This document shows positions 17,700-24,888 of a stretch of DNA of 41,740 bases, one piece after another. Source of the DNA: a virus (lineage: Duplodnaviria; Caudoviricetes); the IMG/VR virus record IMGVR_UViG_3300005573_000152, positions 1-41,740 of that record; one strand, 5' to 3'. The position numbers and the translations under genes were made by a program. How positions within the stretch are numbered: the stretch's first letter is position 1; every line of letters starts with the position of its first letter. The notes beneath the pieces are model-generated. The model worked only from the letters and a program-made list of their open reading frames with translations. It was not told the origin of the DNA and searched no databases.

Positions 17700-18147
17700 G
17701 TATTATTTTATAAACTATTAATTCTCTTTTTTGACCACTAATAGTTTAAATTATTTTAATATAGTATATAACATATTTTTATAACATCTATTATAACATA
17801 GATTATAATATTATTTTTGATGCTAATACTTATTTTTACCTATCTATCTATACCCCCTTTATCCCCCCTTTCCTTCCTTCCCTATACAAAAATTATAATC
17901 CATATGTCGACATAGTTTCCGTCCGTCTGGCGGCTCGATGAAGGTCAACGGGTGATGTCTACCATTTGGCTTGAGATAAATCTGAGTATTTTTATAGGAT
18001 TAATAGGATAAAAAAATAAAAGCTTTAGATAGTAAAAACTAATCCCGATTTAATTACTCGGATTTAAATCTTATTAATTTAATCGGATTAATAGCATTAA
18101 ATAAATTGATAGCAATCCTTACTAATTTACTCGGATTAATTTATTAG

Positions 18148-18181
18148 TGAGAATAATTATCAATTGATAATGATTATCAAT
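18148..18181. promoter_or_regulatory. Two adjacent Fur-box-like 7-1-7 inverted repeats
   Basis: TGAGAATAATTATCA (18148-18162) and TGATAATGATTATCA (18165-18179); the second lies within the perfect palindrome ATTGATAAT-G-ATTATCAAT. Confidence 0.6.
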
Positions 18182-18265
18182 AATAAAATTATAATTTAAT
18201 TATTATTAAAAGAATAAAAGAATAATTATATAATAATAATTGAATAAGTAAGATTAAATAAAGGT

Positions 18266-18318
18266 TCTATGTAATCAATAATAATATAGTCTATGTAATC
18301 AAGTAATCAAGTAATCAA
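18266..18318 (+). repeat. Short direct repeats GTAATCAA x4
   Basis: Copies at 18271, 18295, 18303 and 18311; TCTATGTAATCAA occurs twice. Confidence 0.8.
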
Positions 18319-18411
18319 GATAATATATTAATAATAATTATAATTATATAGCGGTCCTATTTAATAATTATATTAATTATATAAAACTAATAGGATTTAA
18401 TTTATATAAAA

Positions 18412-18451
18412 AAAAATAAGCTATGGATTTTTTAATCCATAGCTTATTTTT
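18412..18451 (-). terminator. 18-bp inverted repeat, probable terminator of the leftward mini-operon
   Basis: AAAAATAAGCTATGGATT-TTTT-AATCCATAGCTTATTTTT with T-runs in both directions. Confidence 0.8.
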
Positions 18452-18468
18452 CAGGACTTGAAGATTAA

Positions 18469-18621
18469 TTAAAATTCATCATCAGAATATATCGCATTGA
18501 AAATCTCCCGTTCCGCCGTAAAATTTTCAATTTCATCTTCAATTAGGTCTTCAATGCTAACAAACGTAATCAATTCATCATCTTCAAGTTCTGGATTGAG
18601 TTTTTCTTTTTTGTTTTTCAT
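18469..18621 (-). CDS. Small highly acidic protein, 50 aa (not in ORF track)
   Basis: MKNKKEKLNPELEDDELITFVSIEDLIEDEIENFTAEREIFNAIYSDDEF; AAGGA RBS. Confidence 0.65.
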   Translation of the reverse strand: MKNKKEKLNPELEDDELITFVSIEDLIEDEIENFTAEREIFNAIYSDDEF

Positions 18622-18635
18622 TTTTTCCTTTCCTT

Positions 18636-18863
18636 TCATTTTAAATTTTTAAATTTTGTAATAAGTTTTTTTCTTTCTGTTTCGGTTAATAAAATACTAA
18701 CTTCAAGCTCGGTCAACGGTCTTAATAAATCATTATTAGTATAAAATAAATCACCGCCGATATAAACTCGGTGATAAATAGTATTAAATCCAGATAAAGT
18801 TTTAGGTTCTAAAACTTTAATAGCTTTTTTTACTTTCTCTAATTCAATGCAATAATTTTTCAT
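18636..18863 (-). CDS. Hypothetical early protein
   Basis: 75-aa ORF in the promoter-to-terminator cassette 19016-18412. Confidence 0.65.
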   Translation of the reverse strand: MKNYCIELEKVKKAIKVLEPKTLSGFNTIYHRVYIGGDLFYTNNDLLRPLTELEVSILLTETERKKLITKFKNLK

Positions 18864-18864
18864 T

Positions 18865-18966
18865 TTAAAATCCTAATACATCTAAATAAAGATAAGCCGA
18901 TAAAATTGCTAATATAAACAAAATGATAATTGTAATTAAGCTTACTTTTCTTTTTTCATTTTTCAT
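18865..18966 (-). CDS. 33-aa single-pass membrane peptide (not in ORF track)
   Basis: MKNEKRKVSLITIIILFILAILSAYLYLDVLGF; GGAG/AAGGA upstream; directly after a promoter. Confidence 0.5.
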   Translation of the reverse strand: MKNEKRKVSLITIIILFILAILSAYLYLDVLGF

Positions 18967-18987
18967 TTCCTTATCTCCGATAATAAA

Positions 18988-19016
18988 AATATACGCCAAG
19001 CTACTTTAAATGTCAA
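18988..19016 (-). promoter_or_regulatory. Sigma70-type promoter
   Basis: TTGACA-17-TATATT. Confidence 0.7.
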
Positions 19017-19234
19017 GTATTTTTTTAATTTTTTTATGCTTGTATCTTATTTATTATCAATAATTTATAAAAAAAGTTTAAAATTTTTATTTTTTAAAAA
19101 TAAAAAATAGCTAAATCCGAGTAATCCGATAGGATTTATAAGAATTATCCAAAAATAGAATTTATAAACTTTAAAAATTTTAGATAAATCTTATTAATCC
19201 GATAAGTTTAATAGGATTTAAATTTAAATAAAAA

Positions 19235-19278
19235 ATTAACCGTTGTTAATTTAAACGGTTAAGTTAACAACGGTTAAT
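19235..19278 (-). terminator. 15-bp inverted repeat, probable terminator
   Basis: ATTAACCGTTGTTAA...TTAACAACGGTTAAT followed by a T-run on the minus strand, just after the 294-aa gene. Confidence 0.75.
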
Positions 19279-19305
19279 AGTAAAAATTAAAATGAAAAAG
19301 AAAAC

Positions 19306-20190
19306 TTAATCATTTTTGTTAGTTGCCGTCCAAGATTGAATAGCATTACTCTTTATCATCTGATACCAGACATTTTTTCTCAGTCTTAAAACTTTGTGTT
19401 CTCGCCGAGTATGCTTAACTTGCCCTTTACAAAAAATTACATTGTCTTTTAATACAATTATTTTATTTGGCTGATGATGGCTATTAGCCGTAAAGTATTG
19501 CCACTCAAAAGACGCCATCTGTTCAACGCTATAATCTTTTAGTGATTTTAGCTTTGTTCCTATTAAAAGCTTATCTCGATATTTTTCATTAATTAGTTTT
19601 TTTAGTGTCTTTGAGTCCCCTATAGGTAAAAAGAAAAATTCGCCTTGCCGTAAAACGCCGTTTCTTTCTTCAATTGAAATAGGATTTAACATATTTAAAG
19701 CTTCGCTAACATTATTTGCCCTATTTGGTAATTTACAAAGAAAATCTTTGGAGTAAGTTTTTAATCCACTATCCGTGCCGTATAGGAAATATAAATTGCC
19801 ATCTATCCCTTGATTAGCCGTAAATAAGATAAAGTAATCTTTGATAAATCCCAAATCATCATAAAATCGTAAAATGTCTAAAATTTTTATGTTTTCAGGA
19901 TAAACTTGTGCTTGATATAGCAACGGGAAATTCATTTCAATGTAATCTTTTCTTAAAGAATATATATCTGATTTTAAAATGCCGTGATGGACTGCCGTTG
20001 TTTGACTATAGCGATTATTATTGACAATAAAAAATTCATCTTTTCTAATCGCTATCGCCGTTGAATAGCTATACAGAATTGAATACTCACCATTATCTTG
20101 GTAGACTCGATAAGAAAGATTATTTGTTTTTTTATAATCTTTCTTATAGCTTCCCCTTACAAATTCAAAGATTAAATCTTTGTTAGTCAC
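19306..20190 (-). CDS. Two-domain early protein of unknown function
   Basis: GTG start with AAGGAG RBS; N-terminal LYSY.T.IA...YSQTT..H motif; C-terminal RQGEFFF...HH...H..EH His-rich motif. Confidence 0.75.
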   Translation of the reverse strand: MTNKDLIFEFVRGSYKKDYKKTNNLSYRVYQDNGEYSILYSYSTAIAIRKDEFFIVNNNRYSQTTAVHHGILKSDIYSLRKDYIEMNFPLLYQAQVYPENIKILDILRFYDDLGFIKDYFILFTANQGIDGNLYFLYGTDSGLKTYSKDFLCKLPNRANNVSEALNMLNPISIEERNGVLRQGEFFFLPIGDSKTLKKLINEKYRDKLLIGTKLKSLKDYSVEQMASFEWQYFTANSHHQPNKIIVLKDNVIFCKGQVKHTRREHKVLRLRKNVWYQMIKSNAIQSWTATNKND

Positions 20191-20234
20191 TTTTTTCTCC
20201 TTTCATTTTAATTTTTTCTTTCATTGTCAGAGTA

Positions 20235-20263
20235 ATTATAGCATAAATCATTTTAGTTGTCAA
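20235..20263 (-). promoter_or_regulatory. Sigma70-type promoter (leftward member of divergent pair)
   Basis: TTGACA-17-TATAAT with TATG extension. Confidence 0.85.
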
Positions 20264-20266
20264 GCT

Positions 20267-20295
20267 TTGACAAAAAATTTTTTCTATGGTATAAT
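20267..20295 (+). promoter_or_regulatory. Sigma70-type promoter (rightward 1)
   Basis: TTGACA-17-TATAAT with TATG extension. Confidence 0.85.
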
Positions 20296-20331
20296 TAGCT
20301 AAAATGAAAAATCAAAGTAAAAAGAAAAAGC

Positions 20332-20360
20332 TTGACAAAAAAGATTTTTTATGCTATAAT
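20332..20360 (+). promoter_or_regulatory. Sigma70-type promoter (rightward 2)
   Basis: TTGACA-17-TATAAT with TATG extension. Confidence 0.85.
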
Positions 20361-20440
20361 TGCCTTGAAAATGAAAAAGAAAAGTGAAAATGAAAATGAA
20401 AAGGAAAATAAAAAATTAAACTTTTAAATGAAAGGAGAAA

Positions 20441-20698
20441 ATGAAAATGAAAGAAAAAGAAAAAAATTTTATTGAGCGTTTTAGCAATTCAGGCTTAACG
20501 GTTAGAGTATTAGTTGGAGAAAAAGGCAATAATGTTCTACATATCAAAGGTAATCGGATAATAGCTCCGTTAAGTGTGGATTTTGAAGTCTATAAGATTA
20601 TCGAGCCTTACTTATCCGAAGAAAAACCGTTAAGCCAAGATGAATTATTTAAACGGTTAAATAAGATTGAAGAAATGTTTGATTTAACCGTGTTGTAA
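20441..20698 (+). CDS. Hypothetical early protein
   Basis: AAGGAG RBS; first gene after the tandem promoters. Confidence 0.7.
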   Translation: MKMKEKEKNFIERFSNSGLTVRVLVGEKGNNVLHIKGNRIIAPLSVDFEVYKIIEPYLSEEKPLSQDELFKRLNKIEEMFDLTVL

Positions 20699-20703
20699 AA
20701 AGC

Positions 20704-20734
20704 ATAAAATAGCAGATAAGCTCTGCTATTTTAT
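20704..20734 (+). terminator. Hairpin, probable terminator
   Basis: ATAAAATAGCAGA-TAAGC-TCTGCTATTTTAT. Confidence 0.7.
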
Positions 20735-20761
20735 AAAAATTAAATAAAAGGAGCTTAAAAA

Positions 20762-21103
20762 ATGAAAGAAAAGAAGTTTACTTTACTCGGTGAAACGGTG
20801 GTTAGTTTTTGGGGCGGTGGAAGAGGAGCAGCAATCCTTGAGATTGAAACTGATGAAAAAGGATTAAAGGAAATAAAGGAAAATCCTCTACAGGATTATA
20901 CAAGTTATGGACTTGAAAGTGTGGATTATGCTCGATTTGATGTTTATCTCACTGAAATTGAAACAAAAAAAGATGTTGTTATTAAAAAAGAATACCTCAG
21001 TCCTATTGATGAAATTGAAGCTGGTGAATTAACTCCTCAAGTTGAAAAAGTGATTGAAAAACTTTATGAAGATGAACCTGCTCCGATTAGAGTTTTTTAT
21101 TAG
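20762..21103 (+). CDS. Hypothetical acidic early protein
   Basis: 113 aa, AAGGAG RBS. Confidence 0.7.
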   Translation: MKEKKFTLLGETVVSFWGGGRGAAILEIETDEKGLKEIKENPLQDYTSYGLESVDYARFDVYLTEIETKKDVVIKKEYLSPIDEIEAGELTPQVEKVIEKLYEDEPAPIRVFY

Positions 21104-21105
21104 AA

Positions 21106-21139
21106 AGAAGGGGGGAAATCCCCCCTTCTGCTTATTTTA
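21106..21139 (+). terminator. GC-rich hairpin, probable terminator
   Basis: AGAAGGGGGG-AAAT-CCCCCCTTCT followed by GCTTATTTT. Confidence 0.75.
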
Positions 21140-21151
21140 ATTAAAGGAGAA

Positions 21152-21358
21152 ATGAAAATGAAAACCTCAAACAAAAATGTGCCAAGAGACGCTAAAGTTA
21201 TCTTAGAAAAAGTCTTTATGTCTGGAGAAATAATAGAAACTATTTATGAAAAAGATGGTAAACTATATCTTGTCGGGGACTGGTCTTGGGCAAAGCCTGA
21301 AGAGGTTTCAAAAGAATATGTTGAAAAATATCTCGGAAGAAAACTTGACAATGATTAA
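21152..21358 (+). CDS. Hypothetical early protein
   Basis: 68 aa, AAGGAG RBS. Confidence 0.7.
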   Translation: MKMKTSNKNVPRDAKVILEKVFMSGEIIETIYEKDGKLYLVGDWSWAKPEEVSKEYVEKYLGRKLDND

Positions 21359-21373
21359 AAGTTATGCTATAAT
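21345..21373 (+). promoter_or_regulatory. Sigma70-type promoter
   Basis: TTGACA-17-TATAAT with TATG extension. Confidence 0.85.
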
Positions 21374-21403
21374 ATTAGTGAAAATTAAGCTTGGAGGATA
21401 AAA

Positions 21404-21850
21404 ATGAAATATGATATTTTGTTTGATTTAGAAATTGAAGGGGAAGAAAAAAACTATAAGAAATATTTACCAGACAAAAAATTTAAGCTAACAGAAACTG
21501 AAAATGAAGTTGAAGAAATTGAAGAGGATTTTAGCCGTAGAGAAGTAAAATTTATAGGAACTCTTAATGAAAAAGAAGCAAAAGAATTTATAGAAGATTA
21601 TTCAGGATATACAAAGGTTGAGCCTTGTTTAGCTGAAGTAATCGGTATGCCAAGCTATTTTCCAGCAGTAAGCCCGTCTATAGTTATTTATGATGAAATG
21701 CCTTATCCACCTCTGGCAAGTCGCTATATTTTTATTACTCCAGTTCCTGAAAATGAAGAAGAGTTTGATACTTTGAAGGCTCTTTCTGAAAAAGATGGCA
21801 ATGGAAAAACTTTGATTAATTATATAACTAATAAATTGCTTGAAGATTAA
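21404..21850 (+). CDS. Hypothetical acidic early protein
   Basis: 148 aa, GGAGG RBS, Glu-rich. Confidence 0.7.
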   Translation: MKYDILFDLEIEGEEKNYKKYLPDKKFKLTETENEVEEIEEDFSRREVKFIGTLNEKEAKEFIEDYSGYTKVEPCLAEVIGMPSYFPAVSPSIVIYDEMPYPPLASRYIFITPVPENEEEFDTLKALSEKDGNGKTLINYITNKLLED

Positions 21851-21867
21851 AATGAAAGGAGATTAAA

Positions 21868-22191
21868 ATGTTAGTAGTAATTAACAAATGTTATGGTGGC
21901 TTTGACCTTTCTGATAAAGCTGTTAGAAAATTAGCTTTAAGGAAAGGCTGGAAGCTAAAAAAGGATGGTTGGGGAGATTGGCTAATGGTTTTTCCTGATG
22001 GAAGCGAGTCTTGGTGGTCGCCTATAATGATAGATAGAAGAGACTCTGACTTGATAGAAGTGGTGCGTGAACTTGGGGATGAAGCAAATGGTGGAGATAG
22101 TGAATTAGAAATAGTTGAAATTCCAGATGGTATTGAGTGGAGAATAGAAGATAATGATGGAGCAGAAAAGATAGTAAAAAAAGGAGATTAA
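21868..22191 (+). CDS. Conserved phage hypothetical protein
   Basis: VVINKCYGGF.LS...R.D..L..VV.ELG..ANG..S.L.IVEIPD...W.I...DG.E motif familiar from diverse phages. Confidence 0.8.
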   Translation: MLVVINKCYGGFDLSDKAVRKLALRKGWKLKKDGWGDWLMVFPDGSESWWSPIMIDRRDSDLIEVVRELGDEANGGDSELEIVEIPDGIEWRIEDNDGAEKIVKKGD

Positions 22192-22192
22192 A

Positions 22193-22471
22193 ATGAAACG
22201 GTTTGATTTTGAAACATTAAAGCAGTTTATTGTGGATTTTGAAAAAGCTAAAAAAGATGTAAAGAAGTTAAGAAAATTATATGAAGCATATTGTGAACGA
22301 GATTTAACTAAAAAAGAGCAAAAGCATAAAGAAAATCTTGAAACTTCATTATCTGAATTTGCTGTTTTATATGGATTAGGTATTAAATTTAATCAAGACC
22401 CGAGAGGAACTATTGCTGTATTAACTCCGAATAAAAAGTATGATTATTATTATGGAATATCATTAGAATAA
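22193..22471 (+). CDS. Hypothetical early protein with DPRG motif
   Basis: 92 aa, AAGGAG RBS; E..C...F..DPRG pattern. Confidence 0.7.
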   Translation: MKRFDFETLKQFIVDFEKAKKDVKKLRKLYEAYCERDLTKKEQKHKENLETSLSEFAVLYGLGIKFNQDPRGTIAVLTPNKKYDYYYGISLE

Positions 22472-22513
22472 TAATAATAATATATTATTAATATTATTTA
22501 ATAGGAGACTAAA

Positions 22514-22738
22514 ATGAAAAATAATAAAGAAAGCTACATTAGATTTTCTTATGCAAACAAAACTTGGATGTGGTCAGTAATTGGAAGTAAAGATGATTGG
22601 TATTTTGCTATACCTGCTTGTAGCTCTGAAGAAGACCAAAGTTTAGTGCTATCAGTTGATGCTATTGATGGAATTGATGATGAGTTTTTATTTATAGCAG
22701 AGGAAAAAATACCATATATTTTTATAAAAGGAAAGTAA
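22514..22738 (+). CDS. Hypothetical protein
   Basis: 74 aa, AGGAG RBS. Confidence 0.65.
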   Translation: MKNNKESYIRFSYANKTWMWSVIGSKDDWYFAIPACSSEEDQSLVLSVDAIDGIDDEFLFIAEEKIPYIFIKGK

Positions 22739-22740
22739 AA

Positions 22741-22920
22741 ATGAAAAGAAAAAGTCATTTAATCAGATGTCCATATTGCCAAGCAATAAATATTATTACA
22801 AAGAAGAACAGGTTTTGCTTAAAATGTGGAGAAGATTTATCCTTATTAATTGGCTTGGAAGAAAGGAAAAGAGACGTAAAAAGAAGACTTAAAAGCCTTG
22901 ACAAGGGTCAGGAAAAATAA
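22741..22920 (+). CDS. Zinc-ribbon protein, 59 aa (not in ORF track)
   Basis: MKRKSHLIRCPYCQAINIITKKNRFCLKCGEDL...; CxxC...CxxC. Confidence 0.65.
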   Translation: MKRKSHLIRCPYCQAINIITKKNRFCLKCGEDLSLLIGLEERKRDVKRRLKSLDKGQEK

Positions 22921-22926
22921 TATAAT
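22898..22926 (+). promoter_or_regulatory. Sigma70-type promoter
   Basis: TTGACA-17-TATAAT. Confidence 0.8.
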
Positions 22927-22956
22927 ATTTATTAGGATATAAAAAAGAGAATAAAA

Positions 22957-23079
22957 ATGATGAAAGTAATCCTTGACTTACTTGAGTATTTTGCGGTAAT
23001 AGCTGCAGGCTGTTTAGTAATTTTACTTGTTGCTTTTTTACTTGAATTTATTTTAAACTTCTTTTTTAAGAAGGAGTAA
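22957..23079 (+). CDS. Small single-pass membrane protein, 40 aa (not in ORF track)
   Basis: MMKVILDLLEYFAVIAAGCLVILLVAFLLEFILNFFFKKE. Confidence 0.55.
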   Translation: MMKVILDLLEYFAVIAAGCLVILLVAFLLEFILNFFFKKE

Positions 23080-23081
23080 AA

Positions 23082-23258
23082 ATGGTTGATAAAGAAACAT
23101 TTGTATTAGCTCTTTTTCTTGTTTTTTTAATTGGTTTTATGATTGGTTGGCTTGCTTCAAAAATTCAAGATGTTGATAAAGAACTCGAAAATGAAAAATT
23201 AAAACGAGAAGTTAATATGTTAAAAAAGCAATTAAAATTTTTTAAAAGGGGAGAATAA
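23082..23258 (+). CDS. Small membrane protein with coiled coil, 58 aa (not in ORF track)
   Basis: MVDKETFVLALFLVFLIGFMIGWLASKIQD...; AAGGAG RBS. Confidence 0.65.
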   Translation: MVDKETFVLALFLVFLIGFMIGWLASKIQDVDKELENEKLKREVNMLKKQLKFFKRGE

Positions 23259-23260
23259 AA

Positions 23261-23410
23261 ATGCTGGAGAAAGTATTTCTTTTGTTTGGGATAAGGGGAA
23301 GTGTAGAAGATATGTTAAGCACAGTTGGGTTCTTTTTCTTAATTGGATTTTTTACTGGTATTTGGGTAATGAAAAAAATAGAAATAGGAAAAAATCAAAG
23401 GAGAAGCTAA
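23261..23410 (+). CDS. Small membrane protein, 49 aa (not in ORF track)
   Basis: MLEKVFLLFGIRGSVEDMLSTVGFFFLIGFFTGIWVMKK...; GGAG RBS. Confidence 0.6.
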   Translation: MLEKVFLLFGIRGSVEDMLSTVGFFFLIGFFTGIWVMKKIEIGKNQRRS

Positions 23411-23411
23411 A

Positions 23412-23687
23412 ATGATTGAGAATCATTTGGCTTATAATGTAAGGGATATCGAGTTTGATTGTCCTGAAGATTGTCCAAGATTAAAAGAGCTTGAAGAAAA
23501 ATATGAAGAAATGCTTGCTAATTGGGAAGCAGATAAAGAAAGCTGGAAGGAAAATTATCCTGATGAAGAGCTACCAGATGACCTTAAAGAACCGCCAGAA
23601 TTTCCAGAGTGCTGGGGATGTGAATATGAATTACTGAAGAAAGAAGAAGAGCAATTTGAAAAAGCGAGGTTTTTTGGCAATGATTGA
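23412..23687 (+). CDS. Acidic Cys-containing hypothetical protein
   Basis: 91 aa; CPEDC...CWGC; AAGGAG RBS. Confidence 0.7.
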   Translation: MIENHLAYNVRDIEFDCPEDCPRLKELEEKYEEMLANWEADKESWKENYPDEELPDDLKEPPEFPECWGCEYELLKKEEEQFEKARFFGND

Positions 23688-23895
23688 AGAAGCAGTAAGG
23701 TTCATTGCAGCAATGGCTGGGTGTCCACGATGTGGAGGCAAGAGTTTAAACATTAAACAAATGCTTTATATACCAAATTTGATGACATCAAAGCTTACGA
23801 TTAAGTGTAAACGGTGCAGCAATAATTATAAATTAGCATTTAAAGATGAGGTTCTTTGGAATATAAGTTTTGATATAAAAAGGAGGATAAAATGA
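23680..23895 (+). CDS. Zinc-ribbon protein
   Basis: Likely start MIEEA at 23680 (GAGG RBS); CPRC...CKRC. Confidence 0.65.
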   Translation: MIEEAVRFIAAMAGCPRCGGKSLNIKQMLYIPNLMTSKLTIKCKRCSNNYKLAFKDEVLWNISFDIKRRIK

Positions 23896-24602
23896 AAAAA
23901 ATTTTTGTTTGTCTTTTGCTTATTTTTATTTTAGCTGGATGTTATTATAAAGCACCAGCAACTTTACCAAAGGAACAACAAAATGAATTAAAAAGTTTTG
24001 TTGAAAAATACGAAATGCTGATGACTTATACTATTGTTCCAAAGGAAATTGTAATGCTAACTTACAATAAAAATAAAGAAATGGACGAATATAACTACTT
24101 TAGAAAATTACCTGCTGAACTTCAATTAAAATATATGGAACTTTATTGGGAAATGCGAAGTGAGGTTCTAAAAAAAGAATATGAAGAAAGGGTTGCAATT
24201 GCAAATAAATTATTTAAACAAGAAAGAACAAATGACGCATATAAAACAGATAGAGGCTGGATATTAGTAATTTGTGGTTTTCCTGATTATGTAGATACTT
24301 ATAAAACTGATAGTAGTGGTGATACAATGTTTACTTTTGAAGATGATTTATTATGGGAAGACCCTACTGTTTCTGTTTTTCAAATCTGGAAATATTGGTA
24401 TTCTCCAACAGCTTTTCTTAATCATTTAATTGTTTTTAGATTTGACTATAACTTTGCTCAAAAAATTTGGAGAATTAATGAACAATATTTAGAGACAGAA
24501 CAAATTAGATTTATTTATCATCAGGCTGAACATTTTGCTCCATTAGAGTGGGACGGTTGGGAACAAGTCCTTACCAAATATAAAGAAGGACTTGACAAAT
24601 GA
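23892..24602 (+). CDS. GWxTD-domain-like lipoprotein
   Basis: Lipobox LAG-C; YW..R...EY.ERV..AN..F...AYKTDRG.I....G.PD...QIW.Y matches the GWxTD domain pattern with GW replaced by AY. Confidence 0.75.
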   Translation: MKKIFVCLLLIFILAGCYYKAPATLPKEQQNELKSFVEKYEMLMTYTIVPKEIVMLTYNKNKEMDEYNYFRKLPAELQLKYMELYWEMRSEVLKKEYEERVAIANKLFKQERTNDAYKTDRGWILVICGFPDYVDTYKTDSSGDTMFTFEDDLLWEDPTVSVFQIWKYWYSPTAFLNHLIVFRFDYNFAQKIWRINEQYLETEQIRFIYHQAEHFAPLEWDGWEQVLTKYKEGLDK

Positions 24603-24621
24603 TAGGCTTTTATGATATAAT
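24592..24621 (+). promoter_or_regulatory. Sigma70-type promoter
   Basis: TTGACA-18-TATAAT with TATG extension. Confidence 0.8.
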
Positions 24622-24648
24622 ATTGTTATCGTTTGAAAGGAGAAAAAG

Positions 24649-24876
24649 ATGATAAATAAATATTATGAAAGCTTGGAAGAAATGGCTTTTGACTATGCTT
24701 CTTCAGAATTGGAAGAAAATGGAAAAGAAATTACTGTTTATGAAGTTATGGATAATGTTAAAAGTAAGGTTATTGAAAGAATTAAAGGAGATGTAGATTT
24801 TGAATTAAATGATAATGATATTGCAGAGATTAGCACTGGCGTTGAAGAAGCCATTGCTGATTATTTATTTTCATAA
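24649..24876 (+). CDS. Small acidic protein
   Basis: 75 aa, AAGGAG RBS. Confidence 0.7.
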   Translation: MINKYYESLEEMAFDYASSELEENGKEITVYEVMDNVKSKVIERIKGDVDFELNDNDIAEISTGVEEAIADYLFS

Positions 24877-24888
24877 AAGGAGAATAAA

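Noticed and set aside
17700-19300. Mini-CRISPR array associated with the Cas4-like gene
   Set aside because: Repeats are short (7-13 bp) and irregularly spaced; there are no 25-40 bp repeats with unique spacers.
20235-20440. Lysogeny switch / prophage
   Set aside because: Divergent promoters are present, but no repressor-like HTH gene, integrase, att site or flanking host genes were recognised.
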